A stretch of 64,000 nt of DNA. Origin: Conexivisphaerales archaeon. GTDB taxonomy: Archaea; Thermoproteota; Nitrososphaeria; Conexivisphaerales; DTJL01. This document shows, in pieces, positions 9,664-18,462 of this stretch (its first letter is position 1; every line of letters begins with the position of its first letter). Below the pieces are notes generated by a model. It saw nothing but the letters and a program-made list of their open reading frames with translations, did not search any database and had not been told where the DNA came from. The DNA lies in the NCBI GenBank assembly GCA_049509455.1, contig JBEKZX010000001.1, positions 32,001-96,000 of the forward strand, given 5' to 3'. The position numbers and the translations under genes were made by a program.

Positions 9664-10580
9664 GCCCTTTCCCCGTCGCTTATGCCCTTTCGAAGCCGCT
9701 CCAGCTGGGGTGACTCGTCCATCGCGATCCTGTAGAGTTCCTTCCTCCTCTTTTCGTCCTGATAGGACCTCCAGTCCCGGCAGTAGTCCCTGAGGATTTC
9801 GAGCTCTACGGGGTGCATCTCACTCTTGAGCCAGTCTAGGGCCTGGGAAGCGAACTTGATCACCGAGAACAGCCGCATCCCATGGTCCCGTGCCACCTCC
9901 TCCGCACCCTGTTCCCTGTCTATCAGCACCAGCACGTCTTCGCACCTCACGCCAGAGATCCTCTGACCGGTCATCTTCTCACGCCTTTTCAACTCATACT
10001 CCAGCTGCCTCTTCGTGACCAGCTTTGTGTCGAACCTCGACACGGTGTCGTCAATGATGACGAAGGAATCGCCGTCGACTATTTCCCCCTCCACGAGGCT
10101 GTGCTGGCCGTAGCCTGAGAGGACCCTGTCGAAGTCTTCGAGAGTCTTGACCTCCTCCATCTTCCTAGTGTAGCAAGTAGGGATCATGGAGTAGCCGGTG
10201 ACGGCGGTCGAAAGGACTATCGCTGCTTCGGCCACTCCCAGCCCCTTGTTGACGTGCGGAATCTGCTCTTCGATGGTCTTTCCGAGGACCACCCCAACCT
10301 CAGGGAGGATCTTCCAAGACTCCGCAAAGCTGGTAAGCGGCCTGAGGTCTACATAGTACGGCGACCATATCCCCGACCGCATGATCCACCCCTCGGGCCG
10401 CTGCCTGAACCATGTCCTGATCATGCTGTGCTGGAAGAGCTTCAGGGTGATGTCCTTGGCATAATCTTCGCGGGAGAATCCAGCGAGGTTCAACAGTTCG
10501 ACGTACCTCTCGATGAAGCTCAGGCTCCTTGAAGAGAATCCCTTCGAGTCATCTGCTCTCGGGTTCTGCCCAGCCGTCAT
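9660..10580 (-). CDS. pyrE: divergent orotate phosphoribosyltransferase
   Basis: RSGIWSPYYVDLR, IIDD in the PRPP loop, VLIDREQGA; coupled to pyrD. Confidence 0.75.
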   Translation of the reverse strand: MTAGQNPRADDSKGFSSRSLSFIERYVELLNLAGFSREDYAKDITLKLFQHSMIRTWFRQRPEGWIMRSGIWSPYYVDLRPLTSFAESWKILPEVGVVLGKTIEEQIPHVNKGLGVAEAAIVLSTAVTGYSMIPTCYTRKMEEVKTLEDFDRVLSGYGQHSLVEGEIVDGDSFVIIDDTVSRFDTKLVTKRQLEYELKRREKMTGQRISGVRCEDVLVLIDREQGAEEVARDHGMRLFSVIKFASQALDWLKSEMHPVELEILRDYCRDWRSYQDEKRRKELYRIAMDESPQLERLRKGISDGERA

Positions 10581-10742
10581 GGGTTACCTCCTAGAAATGA
10601 ACGATGACGTAACCTAGGCTGCAAGCAATTCGTCAGAACAGGCCTTTGAACGACGACCCACGCCTTTTTCACCAGACGGCCCTTAAAAGCGTTCCTCCGC
10701 CAGCGTCGCGTCAGGCGCTCCCCCTGACCCTCCTTTGACTAG

Positions 10743-10757
10743 TGGGCCGGATAGGAT
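10743..10757. repeat. direct repeat of the tRNA-Val 3' end (att-like)
   Basis: tgggccggataggat versus tgggccggacaggat at 12565-12579: 14/15 identical, same orientation. Confidence 0.55.
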
Positions 10758-11036
10758 CAGCATCTGAACAGGTTCTCAGTTCCGGTTCTCGGCGAGCCCA
10801 CTTCACTAGAACCGAAAATAGGCTGCGACTCCTGAACCTGTCCTGTGTAAGATATCTTAATACCCTGACATGGAAATCGCGGGAACTGTTCCGATTGGGC
10901 CGTCTCCAGCAATGTCTGTCCAAAATGACGGCGCCATCATGGGGACTGATGCCATGCTGACATAGGGACCCACTGGCTTTACACTAATACCCTTTTCAGC
11001 GATGGATTGGCGATGTGGCGGTTCTCGCCCTTCGCC

Positions 11037-11849
11037 CTAAACCGATGGCTTCGCAGGAGGCCGGGCAAATCTAACTAATAAGACGACCAGCAGCGCCGCA
11101 GCCACGATGACCGCGGAAGCCTCTGTGGCCAAGACCACTTGGGGATGCCCGCCTTGGTTCGCCGTTATCCCTGCAAGAGCCCAGACAACGACCAGGCCAT
11201 AGGCAATGTCTCTCCTCGTCCCCAGCATAGTGAGTGTGATGATTAATGCTACGACGATGACGAGCTCAGCCCAGGCGGCCGGAGCGATTCCTAACCCATT
11301 CCAGTTCAGTGAAACTAAAGCGGACGAGACATCCGCAATGGAAGCTATCGTGATCCAGCCGAGGTAGACGCTGAACGGTAGATGGACCCAGATCTTCTCG
11401 CTGAGAGGCGCCTTCGACTTGCTCACATCCAAGCGGAGATAGATGGCAATCAACGACGCCAACAACCCAAGAATCAGTGGGACTGACGCCACGATGTAGT
11501 CATACTGCCAAAGAAACAGCCACGCAATGTTGAACACGCTGCTTAGTATGAACAGGTAGCTCACCCCCCGATTGAACGAGTCCTCCCTGTGTCGCGGCAG
11601 CAATTGGAAGGTGACGAAGGCGAACAGCAACACGTAGATTATGCCCCAGATTGAAAAGGTGAAACCAGCCGGTGTGACAAGCGTCGGATAGGCAGCGGAC
11701 ACGTCAGCCGTGTTCCTGCCATTCAACAGCTTGGTGCCGCCCGCCAGGGCGTTGACGACGACCACCGCAACAAAGGCTAGGGCGTTTCCAATCTGCAAGG
11801 CCGAAACACTCCTCTTTCGAGACGCCAATCGGTTACGCCCAAGACTCAA
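11037..11849 (-). CDS. TspO/MBR-like tryptophan-rich membrane protein
   Basis: TLVTPAGFTFSIWGIIY, FNIAWLFLW, PFSVYLGWITIA; multiple TM helices. Confidence 0.8.
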   Translation of the reverse strand: MSLGRNRLASRKRSVSALQIGNALAFVAVVVVNALAGGTKLLNGRNTADVSAAYPTLVTPAGFTFSIWGIIYVLLFAFVTFQLLPRHREDSFNRGVSYLFILSSVFNIAWLFLWQYDYIVASVPLILGLLASLIAIYLRLDVSKSKAPLSEKIWVHLPFSVYLGWITIASIADVSSALVSLNWNGLGIAPAAWAELVIVVALIITLTMLGTRRDIAYGLVVVWALAGITANQGGHPQVVLATEASAVIVAAALLVVLLVRFARPPAKPSV

Positions 11850-11972
11850 CGAGTCGCAATGGATATCTAAAGATTCCCTTGCACCGCGCTAGCCCTGAAG
11901 GTCGCCTAAGCTAAGGACAATTCGGCGAGGTCATATGGTGCCGAACATTCAGATTGACCGTCGCGATTCCAA

Positions 11973-12485
11973 ATGGTGGACACGCTGGGCTACCGCGTCG
12001 TGAAGAAGTTGGGCAAGGTGGAAATCAGAAGCTACCCTCGTATGGTAATCGCCAAAGTGGACGGTTACGGAGACGGCGGCTTCAACCTTCTGTTCAGGTT
12101 CATCGCCGGCGAGAACAGCCGTAAGGCAAAGGTCGCAATGACCGCTCCGGTCCTGTCGGAGAATATTCCGATGACCGCGCCGGTCCTCTCGGGCGGGAGA
12201 TCGTTGGCCTTCGTCATGCCCGAATCCTATACGATCGAGACCACGCCCATGCCTGTCGATGAGCGCGTCAAGATTGTGGAGATCCCTGCCAGGAATCTAG
12301 CCGCTCTCAGGTTTTCCGGAAGATGGAACAAGGGTGTCTTTGATGCCAGATTGAAGGAGATGCTAGGCGAACTTCAGAGGGCCGGGACTGGGATCAAAGG
12401 TGAAGTGTTCTCCATGAGGTACAACGCTTCCTTCACCCCTTGGTTCTTGCACAGAAACGAGGTCTTCATTGAAGTTCCTCCCTGA
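11973..12485 (+). CDS. SOUL-family heme-binding protein
   Basis: VEIRSYP, GFNLLFRFIAGEN, MTAPV (twice), LRFSGRW, RNEVFI. Confidence 0.9.
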   Translation: MVDTLGYRVVKKLGKVEIRSYPRMVIAKVDGYGDGGFNLLFRFIAGENSRKAKVAMTAPVLSENIPMTAPVLSGGRSLAFVMPESYTIETTPMPVDERVKIVEIPARNLAALRFSGRWNKGVFDARLKEMLGELQRAGTGIKGEVFSMRYNASFTPWFLHRNEVFIEVPP

Positions 12486-12564
12486 ATGATTCCTTTTGAA
12501 CTAGGCTCAAAAAATGAGCCTGATTGGGGCTGGGATCAGGGCACGCGCTGGACACGACCTCCAA

Positions 12565-12640
12565 TGGGCCGGACAGGATTCGAACCTGTGATCTTCTGCG
12601 TGTAAGGCAGATGTCCAAGACCGAACTAGACGACCGGCCC
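12565..12640 (-). tRNA. tRNA-Val (TAC), no intron, CCA not encoded
   Basis: Cloverleaf: GGGCCGG/CCGGCCC acceptor; TCTGC-CT TAC AC-GCAGA; ACAGG-TTCGAAT-CCTGT. Confidence 0.95.
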
Positions 12641-12745
12641 GACATAGGCGGTCCATGCTGCCGGCTGTAAGAACTTTTCTTGGCAATAAGCCTGGGCGGT
12701 CATGGGGATGCAGGTCCGCATTAACCCTTAAAGCCCGTATCTGCG

Positions 12746-12982
12746 ATGCGGAGTCATGACCCCGAGATGGCCAAGGCTACTGCCACTGGGACTGGCGCGC
12801 TGGCTGACATAGTGGAGGCCGTCAGAGGCTTCCCAAGACACCAGGCCGGGGAGTTCAGGTTCCCCAAGAGATTCTTTTTCCGGAAGCTGGACCTTCTCAT
12901 GTGGGAGCTGGACGACGTAAGCGAATTCATCCACCTGGAACACACCGGTCGGTCTTACATCCTCCAGATAAGGCACCGATGA
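12746..12982 (+). CDS. small hypothetical protein
   Basis: 78-aa ORF filling the gap behind a TTAAAG box; genome-like codons; start could be ATG 12767. Confidence 0.55.
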   Translation: MRSHDPEMAKATATGTGALADIVEAVRGFPRHQAGEFRFPKRFFFRKLDLLMWELDDVSEFIHLEHTGRSYILQIRHR

Positions 12983-12997
12983 CGGCGAACAGATCGC

Positions 12998-13789
12998 TCA
13001 CAGAATGCGGCAGGCCGGGACGCTGTCGCTAGACTGTTTCAGGACGGGCAGTCCAAGACGGACCTCCGTGACCTCTCGCGGGTCCAGGTTGAAGTAGGCC
13101 ACCTTGGCTCCGGCGCCTAGGTCCAGCGCCTTGATGCCGGAGGGGCTCGCCACCATGCTCCGCCCGATGAAGGCTTCGTTGGCGTTCCCGACGCCCACAA
13201 CGTAGCAGGTGTCCTCATGAGCTCTAGCCATGAGCAGGGTCTGCCACTGCTCCTCCTTCATCTCCCCCTTGTACCACGCCGCTGGGACGATGACCGCCTC
13301 CGCCCCCGCCATGGCTTGCTTCCTGAACAGTTCGGGGAACCTGATGTCGTAACATATGGCCATGCCGAACAGCATGGATCTAACCTTGAACAAAGTCAGC
13401 CCGGACCCCGTCCCGAACACGTCCGACTCCTTATATCCAAGGGCGTCAAAGAGTTTCATCTTCCTGTACCCCCCCAACACCCTTCCACGGTCTATGACGA
13501 CGGCGGTGTTGTAAACGCGTTCCCGGCCTCGCTCGAAGATCGGAAGGATCACCCCCGACTCCTTCTTCTTGCTCAGCCTGACGACTTCGCTCACGAATTC
13601 CCCCTCGAATGTTTCAGACAAATCCTGCACGTAAGAGCGGGTCAGGCCCTCCTTGGGGAAGCCCATGACGTACTCCGGGAAGACCACGAGCCCGGTACCT
13701 GCTTCGAGACCTTTCATCACGGAAGCGACCAATTTCAGGTTCTCCGCCTTCGAGGCTGTGACCGCCAGCTGGGCGAGGCAGATCTTCAT
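12998..13789 (-). CDS. carbon-nitrogen hydrolase (Nit-like amidase)
   Basis: E-K-C triad: FPEY, YRKMKLF, ICYDIRFPE. Confidence 0.9.
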   Translation of the reverse strand: MKICLAQLAVTASKAENLKLVASVMKGLEAGTGLVVFPEYVMGFPKEGLTRSYVQDLSETFEGEFVSEVVRLSKKKESGVILPIFERGRERVYNTAVVIDRGRVLGGYRKMKLFDALGYKESDVFGTGSGLTLFKVRSMLFGMAICYDIRFPELFRKQAMAGAEAVIVPAAWYKGEMKEEQWQTLLMARAHEDTCYVVGVGNANEAFIGRSMVASPSGIKALDLGAGAKVAYFNLDPREVTEVRLGLPVLKQSSDSVPACRIL

Positions 13790-13827
13790 CTAGCCGGCGA
13801 AGGGGCTGCAAGACGTATAACGCTTTC

Positions 13828-14571
13828 CTAGTTCGTCGGAACGGTGATGGCGCGCCGCACTTCGGGCCTGCGACCGTCGTAGTTGGCCCGCACCAGCTCC
13901 CTGTTCCCGATCATATGCCAATCAAACCCCTCGATGAAGGGCTCCGAAGCAAAGATCACGGAGCTCTCGGTCTGGGCAAAGTACAACGTGTAGTACTCCT
14001 CGTACCTGTTGAAGTGTCGGTATGCGTACAGGGAGGTTCCGTCCTGCATGATGAACGTCAGGGAGGAGTAGTCCGTCCTTTCGAGCTCTGGGAGGATGCC
14101 TCCCAGAGCCTCCGGCAATCCCTTCTCCTTGAGGCCCTCCAGCAGCATGAGGAAGAGTTTCTCGCTGTCCGTCTGACCCACGGGCTGCCTCGATGCGGCG
14201 AACGATTTGGAGAGGCCCCGGATGCTCCCGTTGTGCATGAACGCCCTTCCCTCGATCACGAAGGGGTGGCTATTCACCGCGAGAGGGGTCCCTACTGACG
14301 CCTTGCGCAGGTGCAACATCACTGAGTGGGGCCCGGCAAAGTTACCCATGGTCTCCGTGACTAGGTCGAAGGAAGGGTCGTCCCAGGCGTCTTTCCTGCT
14401 GCGGTAGTGAAGGGAGGAGCCTCCGAAGTCCGAAGCATAAATTCCCCAGCCGGAAACGTGACCGGGGGCCGCCCTCGGAGGAACATGTCCTTCATGCGAA
14501 AGGCGACGGAACTTGACGAAGATGTCCTGCGGCAGGCTCTCTGCAGTCAGAATGGCCAGCATCCGGCACAT
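13828..14571 (-). CDS. class II glutamine amidotransferase (YafJ/EgtC/Dug3-like Ntn hydrolase)
   Basis: N-terminal MCRM, SGWGI, HLRKAS, NSHPF, MHNGSI, TDSE. Confidence 0.9.
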   Translation of the reverse strand: MCRMLAILTAESLPQDIFVKFRRLSHEGHVPPRAAPGHVSGWGIYASDFGGSSLHYRSRKDAWDDPSFDLVTETMGNFAGPHSVMLHLRKASVGTPLAVNSHPFVIEGRAFMHNGSIRGLSKSFAASRQPVGQTDSEKLFLMLLEGLKEKGLPEALGGILPELERTDYSSLTFIMQDGTSLYAYRHFNRYEEYYTLYFAQTESSVIFASEPFIEGFDWHMIGNRELVRANYDGRRPEVRRAITVPTN

Positions 14572-14612
14572 TTGAGGCGCATGATGCCGACTAACGGATA
14601 AAAGGCGATCGC

Positions 14613-15209
14613 TTGATCAGATTGGCTCGGGAAGACATATCAGGGCGAGCCTCGTCACAGACCTTCGATTCCCATTTGAAGTCCGACCCCGCCCGCCTCA
14701 AAGCGCTCCAGGAGGACAAAGAGGACTTTCTTCCCCGCGGTGCCCATCCCGTCGGCACAGTCAGGGTGGACGTCAGCTACGAACGCCAGCTCCTGCACTC
14801 GGCGACATGCTGGGAAGGGACCGAGCTCAAGTTCCCGGTGACCGTGGACGAGCCTCCCTCCCGCGGAGGGGACGGCGCAGCGCCCGCCCCTTTAAGCTAC
14901 TTCGTCCTAGGAGCGGCCGCGTGCCTCCTCACCCAGCTCGCCAAGCTCGCCATGCTGGACGAGCTCAAGATCAACTCCATGTCGATGTCGGCTCGCGGCC
15001 ACTTCAACCGCAAGCTGGGAGGTACCTTCTCGGAGCTAGTCTTTGACGTCAAGATATCCGGCGCCGAGAAGTCCGCCCGAGTTAAAAGGCTCAGCAGGGA
15101 CGCCGAAGGGCAATGCTATGCCTCGAATACGCTTAAGAAGGCCGTCAAGCTGGTCACGAACATCGAATATAACGGCGGCCTCCTTCTCACCCTTTCATCC
15201 ACTCCCTAG
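14613..15209 (+). CDS. OsmC/Ohr-family protein
   Basis: DEPPSRGGDGAAPAP, AAACLL and a second Cys in QCYASNTL. Confidence 0.85.
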   Translation: MIRLAREDISGRASSQTFDSHLKSDPARLKALQEDKEDFLPRGAHPVGTVRVDVSYERQLLHSATCWEGTELKFPVTVDEPPSRGGDGAAPAPLSYFVLGAAACLLTQLAKLAMLDELKINSMSMSARGHFNRKLGGTFSELVFDVKISGAEKSARVKRLSRDAEGQCYASNTLKKAVKLVTNIEYNGGLLLTLSSTP

Positions 15210-15247
15210 GAAACAGTTTTTACTGTGACCCGGCCTACGAGCCGTCA

Positions 15248-15640
15248 ATGAAGGTCGCCTTCACTCCGCAGGAGAAGCGCTTCCTGGAGGATAACGAGAT
15301 ATGTCGCTTCGCCACTAGCTCTCTGAAGGGATGGCCTCTCGTCACGCCGGTGGCCTACATCCTGATTGGTGATTCCATACACGTTGCGACCGACTACGAC
15401 ACCGCCAAGTACAGGCACCTGAAGGAGAACCCGAAGGCCTCGCTGGTGGTGGACACGGTGAGCCCCAACCGTGCCATCGTCATCCAAGGGAAGGTGGATC
15501 TCATAGAGGAAGGGAAGGAATTTGAAGAGATCTACGCGACCTTCTACAAGAGGTTCTCCTGGGTGCGCCGGGACCCATGGAAGGCGGGTGAGGCGCCATT
15601 CCTCAAGGTCTCCCCTGTCATGAAATCGAGCTGGGTCTGA
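15248..15640 (+). CDS. pyridoxamine 5'-phosphate oxidase-like split-barrel flavin/deazaflavin protein
   Basis: CRFATSS..GWPLVTPV, KYRHLKENPKASLVVD. Confidence 0.85.
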   Translation: MKVAFTPQEKRFLEDNEICRFATSSLKGWPLVTPVAYILIGDSIHVATDYDTAKYRHLKENPKASLVVDTVSPNRAIVIQGKVDLIEEGKEFEEIYATFYKRFSWVRRDPWKAGEAPFLKVSPVMKSSWV

Positions 15641-15699
15641 TGCCTCCCTCTCGTCATCACTTCCCCTTGGGCTCATGGCCGAGGAGGTCGTGATTAAAC

Positions 15700-16344
15700 T
15701 TGAAGCTCAGCCGCATGGTCGAAAGGTTCACCTCCAACGATGCTTTCGAGGAGAACATCTACGTCCTCTACGACCGGGCTGCCAAGGAGTGCATCATTAT
15801 CGATCCCGGCGCTGGCGCCAGCGAAGTCATAGCCTTCGTCGAAGGGGAGGGTTGCAAGGTTCAGTCCATCCTCGCAACGCATGCCCACATCGATCACGTC
15901 GTCTCAGCACCCGCCCTCGTCGAAAGGTTTCGTTCCCCCTTCCTCGTCCCCAAGGCCGACCTACCACTTCTCGACGGCATCAAGGAGCAAGCGGACGCCT
16001 TCGGGTATCATTTCAAGGGGGACGTTAGGGCGGACGGCTCCTTCGAGGGGGGAGCGTCTTTCGAGCTGGGAGCTCATCGCATCGATGTCCTTCATACGCC
16101 AGGCCACACCCCAGGGAGTTCCTGTTTCTTCCTCGACCGCAACATGCTCTTCACGGGGGACACGCTGTTCGCCGGCTCCATTGGTAGGACGGACCTCCCA
16201 AGAGGCTCTCCGAAGGACATGGTCGCCTCACTGAAGAAGCTCGCCGCTCTCCCCGGTCTCGTCGTCATCTACCCAGGGCATGACGAGGAGTCCACCATCG
16301 GCGAAGAGAAGGCGACAAACCCTTACCTCAGGTTCACCCCCTGA
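15700..16344 (+). CDS. MBL-fold metallo-hydrolase (glyoxalase II-like)
   Basis: THAHIDH, HTPGHTPG, FTGDTLF, YPGH. Confidence 0.9.
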   Translation: MKLSRMVERFTSNDAFEENIYVLYDRAAKECIIIDPGAGASEVIAFVEGEGCKVQSILATHAHIDHVVSAPALVERFRSPFLVPKADLPLLDGIKEQADAFGYHFKGDVRADGSFEGGASFELGAHRIDVLHTPGHTPGSSCFFLDRNMLFTGDTLFAGSIGRTDLPRGSPKDMVASLKKLAALPGLVVIYPGHDEESTIGEEKATNPYLRFTP

Positions 16345-16402
16345 AGCCGATTAGAAATGGCGGGAGCTTTTGTCGATTCGTCGAAGCCCTTCAACCTAGC
16401 TT

Positions 16403-16907
16403 ATGTCTATGGAAGGGCCAGGTGAACCTGTGGAGAAACCCGGCATCATAGGCGTCACGCTTACCGCGTCCGGCGTGGCCCTCCTGTAATAACGTCGCTC
16501 TGGCGTACGTTTCATTCACATCGTACTTCTAGGCCTTCGTCCAGGGGTTGTCGGATTCGTTGGACCTTCTCCTGCTCGCCGCGATTAAGGCCTTCTTCCT
16601 CGGCATCGTGGCTTGGGTGGGCGGCAAACCTCTGGCAGGGGGTGCAGATTTCGTCAAAGTCGAGAAGGGCGTCGGTATCATCACCGCACCGGAAGCGGTC
16701 GCCAAAGAGAAGGAAAAGGGAAGGTCCTTGGCTGGTGATGGAAGTTCCCCGACAGGGTTCTCGCCAGCGATAGGCTTCGTCAGCCTGACCTCATTCATAG
16801 CGCTGGAGGCGTTCGCCTTTTCCGGCTTCTCTTTGCCAGCAGTTCTCTCGCGCCCTAAACACCCCTTTCTCCGTCAACGGAATCCGCAAGGGAGGCCTTC
16901 GAATTGA
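16403..16907 (+). pseudogene. possible degraded small membrane-protein gene (frameshift near 16487, TAG 16530-16532)
   Basis: MSMEGPGEPVEKPGIIGVTLTASGVALL (stop 16487), then in the +1 frame NVALAYVSFTSYF*AFVQGLSDSLDLLLLAAIKAFFLGIVAWVGG... to TGA 16907, which overlaps the next gene's start. Confidence 0.35.
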
Positions 16908-17407
16908 ATCGAAATCGGAAGCTGAGACTCACCCAACATTCATATTTCAGCCTCGACAAGCTTCGTGGCGATGTCCATTTGGGCATGGTCCAAGGCAACG
17001 CGGGCAGAGTGATCGTCGCCAACCTTTCGAGGGGTAGCGACCTCCTCGAGTCTTTGGAGAAGCTGGCATCTGAATCCAACGTGGTCGGAGGGATCTTCAC
17101 GGCCATCGGTGCGGTTGGCAAGGCCGCTTTCACGTACTACGACCAAACGAATCGCGAATACGTCAGCATCACAATGGACGAAGAGTTGGAGATTGTCTCC
17201 TGCTCCGGCAACTTCGGCGTGCTGGACGGGCGCCCCAAGATTCACTGTCATGTCGTCTTCTCCGACAGGAAGGGCCGCGCGTTTGGCGGCCATCTGACGA
17301 AGGGCACCGAGGTCTTCGTCGGAGAGGTCCACCTCATGGAGGTGGGAGGCGTGGAACTGGAAAGAAAGGAGGACCCGGCCACGGGTATAGCGATGCTGGG
17401 CTTCTAG
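16904..17407 (+). CDS. PPC/DUF296 domain protein
   Basis: GSDLLESL, AIGAV, EIVSCSGN, HCHVVFSD..G.AFGGHL. Confidence 0.9.
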   Translation: MNRNRKLRLTQHSYFSLDKLRGDVHLGMVQGNAGRVIVANLSRGSDLLESLEKLASESNVVGGIFTAIGAVGKAAFTYYDQTNREYVSITMDEELEIVSCSGNFGVLDGRPKIHCHVVFSDRKGRAFGGHLTKGTEVFVGEVHLMEVGGVELERKEDPATGIAMLGF

Positions 17408-17952
17408 GTGCCCGATTCGAGCTGCCTGATCCGGGATGGCACCTCAGGGAACTTCGTCTTGGCCTGCTCTTCCGCAGCCGCAGCGGCTTCCCTTATGATG
17501 CTCTCCGCCTCTTCGTTCGCCAACGACACGTTGAACGAGCCGCCGCTCAGCCCGCCGGCCTCCGACACCGTCTGCTGAAGGCTAGCAAAGGATTCGCTGA
17601 TGGTCCCGCTGGCCTCAGGCATGACCTTGGCGAGCTGCTTCTGCAACGTGGCCGCCACCGCGATGGCGGGTCCCATAATGTAATTGAAGTCGCCCAAGTC
17701 TTTCACCGTCTCCATCCTTAGGAAGATGGCATTGAACGCCAGCTTGGACTTCATGACGGTCTTCTCCGTCTTCCTCAGCTCGGCCAGCTCGCTGGCGAGC
17801 ATCTTGGCTCGTGAGGAGTCGTTCGCCTTCAGAGCGTTGACTATCTTCGAGAATATCTCGGCATCCTTGATCTTCAGCCGGTATTCCCTGTCATCGAGCA
17901 GCCTAGTGACCGTCGTGAGAGTGTTCATGGCATTCTGCAACATCGGTTTCAA
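17404..17952 (-). CDS. ESCRT-III/Snf7-like (CdvB paralog) protein
   Basis: Helical pattern KDAEIFSKIV.A...D..RAKMLASELAELRK, LRMETV.DLGD, VMPEA, EEAESIIREAA, KFPEVP. Confidence 0.8.
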   Translation of the reverse strand: MKPMLQNAMNTLTTVTRLLDDREYRLKIKDAEIFSKIVNALKANDSSRAKMLASELAELRKTEKTVMKSKLAFNAIFLRMETVKDLGDFNYIMGPAIAVAATLQKQLAKVMPEASGTISESFASLQQTVSEAGGLSGGSFNVSLANEEAESIIREAAAAAEEQAKTKFPEVPSRIRQLESGT

Positions 17953-18364
17953 AGCTTCACCGGATTTGGACGTCTAATTGCACCAACCGAGGTTATCAAA
18001 GTCTTGTAATTAATACTTCCCTATCGGGCACGTAACAGCACTCCTCCATCCAAGCTCCTAGGTGTTGATGAAGATCGTATGGCTCGTAAGAAGGACCGTT
18101 TCCCTGTGGAACTCTGCCAGAGCAGGTCAAGGGTACAACAGCCGGCGCCATTCAACACCACGACAGTTCTCGGGTTGGAGGTGATGCAGAAGGAGGCTTG
18201 GTAAAGGCTCCACTCGCGCGCCCGCTCCTGTCGTCACTGCACCATGACCCCGCCGACGCTCCATGAGCTTTCGACCTATGTCTGAAGCTGTCCTTGAGTG
18301 GGTCAAATCCCACCACATCATCGTCGGAATCGGCGATCGCTTACGCTGATTTTCAAGCCTACTG

Positions 18365-18462
18365 TGGCGCCCAAGGCGAGATTTGAATTCGCGTGGTTCT
18401 GAACCAACTCGCGTCGTCCGCGTGACAGGCGGACATACTAGGCCGGGCTATACGACTTGGGC
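18365..18462 (-). tRNA. tRNA-Asp (GTC) with 20-nt intron at 53/54 (18388-18407), CCA encoded
   Basis: GCCCAAG/CTTGGGC acceptor; TCCGC-CT GTC AC-GCGGA; T-arm GCGAG-TTCAAAT-CTCGC is restored after removing the BHB-bounded intron. Confidence 0.9.

Larger units (their letters stand above)
10743..12579. mobile_element. putative small tRNA-Val-anchored islet remnant carrying TspO and SOUL genes
   Basis: Bounded by the att-like repeat pair; codon use looks less GC3-biased by eye; no integrase found. Confidence 0.35.

Noticed and set aside
16529-16798. 89-aa Pro/Ser-rich minus-strand ORF
   Set aside because: Low complexity and overlaps the alternative plus-strand interrupted frame; cannot be supported independently.
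17960-18360. Possible small ORFs or C/D-box sRNA between the CdvB-like gene and tRNA-Asp
   Set aside because: Box C-like TGATGA has no suitably placed CTGA; the ORFs are short with atypical codons.
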